Below, one piece after another: positions 51,444 through 59,244 of a stretch of DNA of 64,000 nucleotides. Position 1 is the stretch's first letter; each line of letters starts with the position of its first letter. A program made the position numbers and the translations under genes. Under the pieces are notes generated by a model that was given only the letters and a program-made list of their open reading frames with translations, made no database searches and had not been told where the DNA came from. Source of the stretch: a virus (Duplodnaviria > Caudoviricetes); IMG/VR virus record IMGVR_UViG_3300026549_000034, positions 64,001-128,000 of that record. The stretch is one strand, 5' to 3'.

Positions 51444-51725
51444 TTATAGACAAAGTAATATACCAATTATTACACCGATAATATTTGATTTTACATCATT
51501 AATATCAAACTTACCATCACGAATATAGCTATCAATTAATAGTTCTTTAACTACTATGCCAATAAACAATGTTATACAACAACTAAGTAGTAAATTATTG
51601 CTAATGTTAAAGCATAATATATATAATATGGTTGATATATATGCATGTAAAACAGAATCTAATTTGATATGTTCTATATAGTTAGTATATAAATTATTGA
51701 TAAAATTTTTTAATGTTTGCTTCAT
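51444..51725 (-). CDS. Small membrane protein (VanZ-like motif layout)
   Basis: D...H, KE..D, D...N.IG with hydrophobic helices. Confidence 0.6.
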   Translation of the reverse strand: MKQTLKNFINNLYTNYIEHIKLDSVLHAYISTILYILCFNISNNLLLSCCITLFIGIVVKELLIDSYIRDGKFDINDVKSNIIGVIIGILLCL

Positions 51726-51788
51726 ATTAAATAAATAAAATATTTTTACTATTTAATATTTAATAATAACTATTTAATTTTAATAATT

Positions 51789-51968
51789 ATGAACAGAGTT
51801 ATAGAAATTTTGATGAAACGTGATGGTATAGATGAAGAATATGCAGAAAAGCTTGTTAAAGAAACACGTGATGAGATTATGTGCAGTGATATTATGATGG
51901 CTGATGATATCATAATGGACTATCTTGGCTTGGAACCTGATTATTTGGAAGATATATTATATTTTTAA
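51789..51968 (+). CDS. Small acidic phage protein (59 aa)
   Basis: Below track cutoff; MNRVIEILMKRDG...YLGLEPDYLEDILYF*. Confidence 0.7.
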   Translation: MNRVIEILMKRDGIDEEYAEKLVKETRDEIMCSDIMMADDIIMDYLGLEPDYLEDILYF

Positions 51969-51980
51969 GTTGTAAAAATT

Positions 51981-52196
51981 ATGAATGTTGGTTGTCAATT
52001 TCTTATTTTAGCATTTTTGATCATAATGATTGTATATGGAGGTATTATTTGGTGTATACAATTATTATGGAATTGGCTTGCACCGTTGTTTTGGATGAAT
52101 GCACCAGAATTGACATATCTAGAAACTGCAGGATGTGTCTTACTTATAGCAATAATTAGTGGTTTAATATTTAACAAAAACAATAATAAAGACTAA
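51981..52196 (+). CDS. Small membrane protein
   Basis: Hydrophobic; LWNWL.P.F...PELTY. Confidence 0.7.
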   Translation: MNVGCQFLILAFLIIMIVYGGIIWCIQLLWNWLAPLFWMNAPELTYLETAGCVLLIAIISGLIFNKNNNKD

Positions 52197-52201
52197 ATAT
52201 A

Positions 52202-52546
52202 ATGAAAGTTACTAAAGAAAACATAAATAGTATTCAATATATACCAGGGTGCAAAACATCAAATGATTTAGATGAAGCAAAAAATATATTGGAAAGTCTT
52301 TTGATAGATGTTGAAGGAATAAATCAAATTCTAGAAGATACTGGTTTACAACATAAGCAAATATATATTAATTATATTGATGAACATAGCGAATATTCAC
52401 CAGAACGTACTGATCCATGTCCTGACTATTACGGTATGTTTTTACTAGTATTTAAAAATAATGAATACAAAACTGTAGGATGTGAAATGACTATTGATGA
52501 GCTAGATACCGTTATATGTGCATTATATAATTTTATTGAATATTAA
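52202..52546 (+). CDS. Hypothetical protein
   Basis: 114-aa ORF. Confidence 0.7.
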   Translation: MKVTKENINSIQYIPGCKTSNDLDEAKNILESLLIDVEGINQILEDTGLQHKQIYINYIDEHSEYSPERTDPCPDYYGMFLLVFKNNEYKTVGCEMTIDELDTVICALYNFIEY

Positions 52547-52664
52547 CTTGTCAAATGGTGTTAAAATGTGTTATCTTCGGTGTTTCTTTTTACATCTGTT
52601 AAACTTAAATATTGCTGATAATAATTTATATAAAATATACAAAATCATTCATTAGATGTAAGAT

Positions 52665-53285
52665 ATGATGAATACAAAAACATATTATAAGATAACATTT
52701 TTAGATGATATCTATTATAAAAACATAAAGAATATATACATAGATACTAGTACATATTCATACAAAGAAATAATTGAAGACATCATAGGAATTATAAAAG
52801 AACATAAGAATTCACCAATACAGGATTTTTATCTATTCAACAAATGTATATATGATGACTTTTGTTTGAAATTTACTGATAAATATAATATTTTATTTAG
52901 TTTAGACAATGATGAAGAGATTAAGCAAAGAATCATTATAGAATTTGCAAGTGTATCTAAATCAGTAAATATGTATGTATATGACAACAAAAGACAACAA
53001 GTATTACGATATTATAAAGAGTATGTATTGAAAAAAGTTACTGGTAATTGTATAAATAGATTTGTTGAATTGGTCATATTGCCAAAGATTCATAAGATAC
53101 AATGTTTCATAAATAGTATAAATTATGATAGTATATATAGAAATTGTGATAATGACTATTTTTCATCTTTAGTATATGAAAATGACTTCACACATATATC
53201 TATTATAAGAGATGAAGCAAAACGAATATATGAATTATGTAATAAACAACTTGAATTAATGTCAGAAAAATATTCTAAATTATGA
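52665..53285 (+). CDS. Hypothetical protein
   Basis: 206-aa ORF. Confidence 0.7.
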   Translation: MMNTKTYYKITFLDDIYYKNIKNIYIDTSTYSYKEIIEDIIGIIKEHKNSPIQDFYLFNKCIYDDFCLKFTDKYNILFSLDNDEEIKQRIIIEFASVSKSVNMYVYDNKRQQVLRYYKEYVLKKVTGNCINRFVELVILPKIHKIQCFINSINYDSIYRNCDNDYFSSLVYENDFTHISIIRDEAKRIYELCNKQLELMSEKYSKL

Positions 53286-53977
53286 TTTTTACAGGTCCTA
53301 ACAAAGAGAATTTAAAAAAGTACGGGCAAAACTTTCCGTATAAAGCATGGCTACCAGTAAATGTTATTGATAGTACAAGTAATGAAAATGATTATGTTCA
53401 TTATACTTGTAATGGTAAGCCTAAAACTGTATTTAGTGGACGATTCTGTGCAGTATCAGGATTTATTTATGCTATTGTAAATGGTAAGTATTCTATTCTT
53501 ACTAATCTTCGTGGCCCAGGTGCTCCAGATTATCAAGGGTGTTGGAATGCTCCTTGTGGATTCCTTGAAAGATATGAAAATTCAAAGGAAGGTATTGCAC
53601 GAGAAATTCTTGAGGAATGCGGTTTTCGGATAGATTTGGATGATTTGAAAGTAATTCATGTAGAAACTGAACCAGAAGAATGCAATAACGGTAATGTAAC
53701 AATTCGTCATCGTGCATTTCTTGGTAAGATCATTCCTCATTATGTAGAAAGAGATGGTCTTGGTGGAGAGGAAAATGAAGTAGACAATATTAAATGGATT
53801 CCTATAGATGAAATAGATAATTATAAGTGGGCATTCAATCATCACAAGACTGTTGAACTTTATGCACCTAAGAAGTGGAAACGTAAGATTATAGAATTTT
53901 GGTATAAGTGGTTTATGTCTTACAATAAAACATACACCAGCACTGATGACATAATAGATGAAGACATGAAATTCTAA
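53282..53977 (+). CDS. NUDIX hydrolase
   Basis: WNAPCGFLERYENSKEGIAREILEECG Nudix box; WAFNH. Confidence 0.9.
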   Translation: MIFTGPNKENLKKYGQNFPYKAWLPVNVIDSTSNENDYVHYTCNGKPKTVFSGRFCAVSGFIYAIVNGKYSILTNLRGPGAPDYQGCWNAPCGFLERYENSKEGIAREILEECGFRIDLDDLKVIHVETEPEECNNGNVTIRHRAFLGKIIPHYVERDGLGGEENEVDNIKWIPIDEIDNYKWAFNHHKTVELYAPKKWKRKIIEFWYKWFMSYNKTYTSTDDIIDEDMKF

Positions 53978-54003
53978 ATATTAAAATTTATAGTTTTTTA
54001 TTT

Positions 54004-54363
54004 ATGAAAATATACACATTAGATTATCTTATCAATAATGAATTGACTGATGAAGATCTGCATTATTTGTTTGATTGTAATAGTCTTAAATATTCATTGG
54101 TCATTGCAATGATTAGATTTGCTGGTTATACACAACTTTCTGATAATGACATTGCCGAACAAATAACTAAAGACAATAAATGGATTTATAATTTTAAATG
54201 GACAAAAGGACAGTTTAAGTCATTTGAAAATAAATTAGTTTTAGCAATAAAAAACATTTTTATTTATAATAATAATGATGCAAAAGTGTACGCCGAAAAT
54301 TGGATGATACAACATGCTCTTTCAATAAAAATATCTAACAACAAGACTAGAAAAAACAATTGA
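54004..54363 (+). CDS. Hypothetical protein
   Basis: 119-aa ORF. Confidence 0.7.
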   Translation: MKIYTLDYLINNELTDEDLHYLFDCNSLKYSLVIAMIRFAGYTQLSDNDIAEQITKDNKWIYNFKWTKGQFKSFENKLVLAIKNIFIYNNNDAKVYAENWMIQHALSIKISNNKTRKNN

Positions 54364-54382
54364 TTATATAATATTTAAAACG

Positions 54383-54416
54383 AAATGGACTGAATCTTAA
54401 GATTCAGTCCATTTTT
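54383..54416. terminator. Bidirectional terminator
   Basis: Perfect 32-bp palindrome aaatggactgaat-cttaag-attcagtccattt. Confidence 0.85.
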
Positions 54417-54463
54417 ATTTAAATTAAAACTATGTGAAAATATGTTTATGTTAATATATGTGG

Positions 54464-55867
54464 TTATTCTTCATCTTTCTTATCTTCGTCATCTTTGCAA
54501 TCTTCATCATCTTTACAGTCTTTACAATCCTTTTTGCATTCACATTCTTTCTTTCCACATTTAGGACAAACTTCTTCCTTCTTTTCTTCAGCCTTTTCTA
54601 ATAAAGACAAATCTTTTGCAATCTTATTTAATAATGTAATCTTCAATGGATCATTCTTGTATTTTTCAGCTAACATAGCAATCTTTTTCTTACGAATGTC
54701 ATATTGTGCTTCTTTATTTGCTTCAAGTTGTTCACGAATTTCATTTTCTTCTGAATTAGCTTTCTTGCAATCTTCACTTATTCTTTCTTCATACATTGCT
54801 TTCAAATCAATACCTGTTAACTTAATTACATTATTTAAAGCTTCTACAACATAATCATAATTATAACTTCCTGTGCCTTGTTTAATATTTCTAAATACTG
54901 TCAAGTTAACGTTATCTTTAGCTTCAACTAATGCGCAAATTGTTCCATTACTTGTATTAATAACTTTTACATTATCCAAAGCAACTATATTGTCCATAGC
55001 TTCAAAAACCTTAGCAACATTACTTGTCAAATTCATAAATGTAAGCTTTTCATTCATAGTCATAATCTTTGAAATTGTATTAGCATATTCTTGGAATTTA
55101 ACTACATCATCAAAATGTTCTTTAATTTCTTGTCCAAAACCTGTTTTAACAAAATCAAGACCGTTTTCATTTAATGTTAAACGTACTTTGTCTCCATGAG
55201 CACCTTTCATTTCAACAAAGATATTATCACCATCCTTAGAGAAATGTTCAAGTAATGCATTTATTTCTAAGAACTTCTTGTCATCACAAATACTTTCAGA
55301 AACTTTTCCTTCAGCAATCTTATATGTTTTACCAAGAACATAGATAAATTGTTCTTTATTTTCATTCATATAGATATAACTTACAGGATTAGTTACGCTA
55401 TAATTAGGAGCTTGTGTTTCTGTAATGTTTTGCTTATAAACTTCTTTGCATACTTGACGGAATTCAGGAATGTATTGAATATTCTTTAATACACCTGCTT
55501 TGATATAGCTAACTACATCATTTTCATTCATTTCAAGTAACTTAGTAACTTGTTCAACACCAAGTTTGTTAATGTAATTATATACACTGTTATTGTTACT
55601 TATTGACTCACATGCAGAAGCAAGTTTCCATGAGATATTGTTTTCATTAATATATTCTTTTACAGATTCCACTATATTGTTCAAACCTGTATCAAAGGTA
55701 CATTTTGAAGCCTCAAGTAAGAAGCCGTTAACTATACCACATGTAGGAGCATTGCTATACACATAAGCTCTATAACCTTTTAATATTTCCTTACCTGCTT
55801 CAGTTACTGCTTCAGTACCATTGATCTTTTCAGCAAAGTTAAGGTTCTTCAATAATTTAATGCTCAT
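54464..55867 (-). CDS. Hypothetical protein, possibly prohead core/internal protein
   Basis: Many (I/L/V/M)xE sites; Cys/Lys/Asp-rich tail. Confidence 0.6.
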   Translation of the reverse strand: MSIKLLKNLNFAEKINGTEAVTEAGKEILKGYRAYVYSNAPTCGIVNGFLLEASKCTFDTGLNNIVESVKEYINENNISWKLASACESISNNNSVYNYINKLGVEQVTKLLEMNENDVVSYIKAGVLKNIQYIPEFRQVCKEVYKQNITETQAPNYSVTNPVSYIYMNENKEQFIYVLGKTYKIAEGKVSESICDDKKFLEINALLEHFSKDGDNIFVEMKGAHGDKVRLTLNENGLDFVKTGFGQEIKEHFDDVVKFQEYANTISKIMTMNEKLTFMNLTSNVAKVFEAMDNIVALDNVKVINTSNGTICALVEAKDNVNLTVFRNIKQGTGSYNYDYVVEALNNVIKLTGIDLKAMYEERISEDCKKANSEENEIREQLEANKEAQYDIRKKKIAMLAEKYKNDPLKITLLNKIAKDLSLLEKAEEKKEEVCPKCGKKECECKKDCKDCKDDEDCKDDEDKKDEE

Positions 55868-55954
55868 AATTTAATATATATTTGTTATATTTATAAAATT
55901 CTTTTTAATTATTTGTATTTAATTATATATAATAATAAATTTTATTTTTTATAA

Positions 55955-56245
55955 TTATAATCTCCATCCCATTGATGTTCCTACAGCCCCCATAACAAGT
56001 TTTGATGTCAATAATGAGCCAAAACTTCCTTTTACATCTACACCTAATGCTTTACAAACGGCTTGCATAAGTTTGGGACCTACAGTTGTTCCTAATAACC
56101 CACCTGTAACTGCACCAAGTATACCTTCATCAATAGGTACATTATTTTCTTTTGCTTCTTGAAGTTTTTGAATCATTTCATCATATAATAGTGATTCATT
56201 TACTTGTTGTTCTTCATTATTTATTATTTCTTCTATTGTTTTCAT
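55955..56245 (-). CDS. Small protein: acidic N-terminus with xNE/IDE sites, then glycine-zipper hydrophobic C-terminus
   Basis: VNE-S, IDE-GILGAVTGGLLGTTVG. Confidence 0.7.
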   Translation of the reverse strand: MKTIEEIINNEEQQVNESLLYDEMIQKLQEAKENNVPIDEGILGAVTGGLLGTTVGPKLMQAVCKALGVDVKGSFGSLLTSKLVMGAVGTSMGWRL

Positions 56246-56652
56246 TTTTGAATCATAAAATATAATGTATTTGGCTTTTGATTTTTAGTATCTACAAATA
56301 TTTCAATATAATCATTTTCATATATTGCTGCAACTGCTGTACTTCCTGGAGTATCTTTTGTTTTATATGTTGCCGATATATAATTTTCTTCGGTTAAATT
56401 TAATTTATTTCTATGTTCTCTAATAAGTTCCTTAATTTCATCATTATTACCATCAGTATTATCAATTAATACATATACTTTTTTATTTGGTTTGAAATAT
56501 TGTGAAATAAAAGATCTTATATCGGAATTAAATGTATTAGGACTCCAGTTTTTAAATTCAGTATAATCGTTTAATATCTTAATATCTTTATAATTAAAAA
56601 TATTATCTATATTAATATTTTTTATGTTTAATTTTTCTAAAATAGATATCAT
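56242..56652 (-). CDS. Hypothetical protein with short leader (MISILE-KLNIKNI), paralog of 56880
   Basis: Shares DYTEFK.WSPNTFN.DIR.FI..YFKPNKKVYVLI. Confidence 0.8.
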   Translation of the reverse strand: MISILEKLNIKNINIDNIFNYKDIKILNDYTEFKNWSPNTFNSDIRSFISQYFKPNKKVYVLIDNTDGNNDEIKELIREHRNKLNLTEENYISATYKTKDTPGSTAVAAIYENDYIEIFVDTKNQKPNTLYFMIQK

Positions 56653-56653
56653 G

Positions 56654-56806
56654 TTATATTTCTATAATATTATCTTTTTCATTATATGTAAGTTGATCTT
56701 CAAATATATCAGATACATACCCATAATTTTTTACTTTACATACATTTATATCGCCATGTAAACGTTTTTGCTTTTTTAATGCCTCTATAAATTTTGTTAT
56801 TTTCAT
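56654..56806 (-). CDS. Small hypothetical protein (50 aa)
   Basis: Below track cutoff; MKITKFIEALKKQKRLHGDINV... Confidence 0.55.
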   Translation of the reverse strand: MKITKFIEALKKQKRLHGDINVCKVKNYGYVSDIFEDQLTYNEKDNIIEI

Positions 56807-56813
56807 AATTTAA

Positions 56814-56890
56814 TTAGTATTTGTCTTTACGTCTATCTGCTTGAAGTTTCTTTTGTGTTTATTATTTCTTCTATTGTTTTCATTTTTGAA
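56814..56890 (-). pseudogene. Chimeric gene remnants (start of the 55955 gene plus end of an AAA-ATPase allele)
   Basis: 56858-56890 is identical to 56220-56252; 56814-56849 encodes KLQADRRKDKY* vs RLQADRRKNKY* at the AAA gene end. Confidence 0.8.
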
Positions 56891-57296
56891 ATAAATAATA
56901 TATTGTGTTTTTTAGTTTCCCATAATCTATAGGAGATATAAATATTTCTGTATTACCATCATCATATACCAATGAAACTGCCGTACTTGCAGGTGATTTT
57001 ATACTGTTACGTTTAGCATTTAATACATCATACTCAGAATATCCCAATATACGTCTATGATTACCAATTAAATGATTATTTTTGTCATCATTATCATTAA
57101 TTATTAATACATATACTTTCTTATTAGGCTTAAAATATTTTTTAATAAAAGCTCTAATATCTATATTAAATGTATTAGGACTCCAATCTTTAAATTCGGT
57201 ATAGTCTTTTAATGTTTTTGTATTATCATTATTAAAAATTGGATCTTTATCTATTTGAATATTCTGAATATTTAATTTTTCAAAAATTGATTTCAT
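56880..57296 (-). CDS. Hypothetical protein with short leader (MKSIFE-KLNIQNI), paralog of 56242
   Basis: Start set to ATG 57296 by alignment with the paralog. Confidence 0.75.
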   Translation of the reverse strand: MKSIFEKLNIQNIQIDKDPIFNNDNTKTLKDYTEFKDWSPNTFNIDIRAFIKKYFKPNKKVYVLIINDNDDKNNHLIGNHRRILGYSEYDVLNAKRNSIKSPASTAVSLVYDDGNTEIFISPIDYGKLKNTIYYLFQK

Positions 57297-57325
57297 TTTA
57301 TGCATATTTAATATATTAATCTCCA

Positions 57326-58129
57326 TTAATCACCATTATATCTTGGATTTCCATATTGATCCGTTTGACCATATCCCATTGTCCAAGAAAGTTTTTCATC
57401 ATCACTTAGGCTATTCCACCATTTTTTCCATTCTTCTTCTGCCTTTTTACGTTTTTCCTCTTCTTCTTGATGTTTTTTAATGGCTTCTTTTTCTTTTCTA
57501 TCAGCTTCATCAGCCCATTCTTTAAGGTGTTTTACATCTTTAAGATCTTTAATTTTTTCTTCTCTTTCTTTATTAAAAATATTATTATTTACTTTTATTT
57601 CTAATACAGTATTATCATATTCCTTTTCTGAAGATTCATCCATGGTAACCGAAATCTTACCTTTCATGTATGGCTTTAACATAGTTAACCAATTATTCCA
57701 ATCTTCATTATACTTATAATAATTATATTCAACATATTTATCAGAATACCAAGCACCTGCATATGTATATTCTTGTATTTCTGGTATTACTGTCCAATTT
57801 TTAGTATTTTCTTTTGTTGGGAAATCTTTATATGTTATGCGATCTGCTGGTAATGGAAGTCGAATCATTTGTGCATATGACTTTAAAAATTTTATAACTT
57901 TTACTCCGTTTTCTTTTTGACTTTCTTCAGTTCTTTCTGCACCAAAATATATTTTCTTTATATTGGCTTTTGTTATTTTATAATTTTTGTTTTTTGCACC
58001 TTCATTATATATATCAAAAGTATATGGTAAATCTATTTGAAATTTACCTTCATTAACAGCATTACCAATAATATCCTTAGAATAAGATATTAGTTCATTT
58101 TCATTTATATAATCTTTTAAGTTCTTCAT
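57326..58129 (-). CDS. Hypothetical protein with leader (MKNLKDYINE; AVNE-G)
   Basis: 267-aa ORF with charged C-terminal helix. Confidence 0.75.
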   Translation of the reverse strand: MKNLKDYINENELISYSKDIIGNAVNEGKFQIDLPYTFDIYNEGAKNKNYKITKANIKKIYFGAERTEESQKENGVKVIKFLKSYAQMIRLPLPADRITYKDFPTKENTKNWTVIPEIQEYTYAGAWYSDKYVEYNYYKYNEDWNNWLTMLKPYMKGKISVTMDESSEKEYDNTVLEIKVNNNIFNKEREEKIKDLKDVKHLKEWADEADRKEKEAIKKHQEEEEKRKKAEEEWKKWWNSLSDDEKLSWTMGYGQTDQYGNPRYNGD

Positions 58130-58148
58130 ATATTTTAACTTTTATAAT

Positions 58149-58760
58149 TTATTCTTTATACCAGCTTGGAATATTTTTTAATGAAGTACAACCTTTAAAT
58201 GTATTAAACATATCAGTAACTTTAGATACATTCCAATTACTTAAATCTGCATTAAAATCATAACATTCATAAAACATATTATCAATTCTTTTTATATTAG
58301 ATACATCCCAATTGCTTAGATCAGAATTAAAATCATAACAAAATGCAAACATAGAACTTGTAATTGTAACACTTGATACATCCCAATTACTTAAATCAGA
58401 TTCAAATTTATTACAATCATAAAACATATGATGCATATCAGTAACTTTAGATACATCCCATTTACTTAGATCAGATGAAAAATTCTTACAATATAGAAAT
58501 ATACCATTCATATCAGTAACATTACTTACATTCCATCTTGATATGTCTATATTATGAGGATCTAACTTATTAAATAGTAATGACATATCGGTTATTTCAC
58601 TAACATCAATATCATTTAAATCTGCATCCTTATCCCTTTCTAATCTGGCTTCAACTATGTTTCTTAGATCATTTTTACTTTTAGGTTTACATGTATAATG
58701 ATCTATATTAATGTCTTTTATATTAAGCTTTTCTAATATGTAGTTATTTAGGTTCTTCAT
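58149..58760 (-). CDS. DUF285/BspA-type leucine-rich repeat protein with leader
   Basis: Repeats FNSDLSNWDVS.VT.M..MF..C; LNDIDVS.ITDM. Confidence 0.9.
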   Translation of the reverse strand: MKNLNNYILEKLNIKDINIDHYTCKPKSKNDLRNIVEARLERDKDADLNDIDVSEITDMSLLFNKLDPHNIDISRWNVSNVTDMNGIFLYCKNFSSDLSKWDVSKVTDMHHMFYDCNKFESDLSNWDVSSVTITSSMFAFCYDFNSDLSNWDVSNIKRIDNMFYECYDFNADLSNWNVSKVTDMFNTFKGCTSLKNIPSWYKE

Positions 58761-58783
58761 ATATTTTGTTTTTTTATGATTTA

Positions 58784-59239
58784 TTATTTGTACCAGCTTG
58801 GTTTATTTTTTAAAGAAGTACATCTAAAAAACATATCTTTCATATTTATAACATTAGATACATCCCAATTATTTAAATCACAATTAAAATATTTACAAGA
58901 ATCAAACATATAGCTCATATAAGTGCATTTTGATACATTCCAATTACTTAAATCAGAATTAAAATTTTTACAATATACAAACATATTACTCATATTTGTA
59001 ACATTTGAAACGTCCCATTCAGATATATCAATATTATGTGGATCTAATCCGGCAAATAAACTGGCCATATTTGTTATTTGGCTAACATCAATATCATTTA
59101 AATCAGCATTTTTATCTTCTTTTAAACGTTTTTCCAATATCTGTCTAAGTTCTTCTTTTGTCTTAGGAAAATATTTATATTGATTTCTTATATCTTTTAC
59201 GTTGAGCTTCTCAAATATGTAGTTATTTAAGTTCTTCAT
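58784..59239 (-). CDS. DUF285/BspA-type leucine-rich repeat protein with leader
   Basis: Same repeats, two fewer units. Confidence 0.9.
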   Translation of the reverse strand: MKNLNNYIFEKLNVKDIRNQYKYFPKTKEELRQILEKRLKEDKNADLNDIDVSQITNMASLFAGLDPHNIDISEWDVSNVTNMSNMFVYCKNFNSDLSNWNVSKCTYMSYMFDSCKYFNCDLNNWDVSNVINMKDMFFRCTSLKNKPSWYK

Positions 59240-59244
59240 ATATC

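Noticed and set aside
58149-59239. Diversity-generating retroelement target/template pair
   Set aside because: Differences between repeats are not adenine-specific and no reverse transcriptase is in the window.
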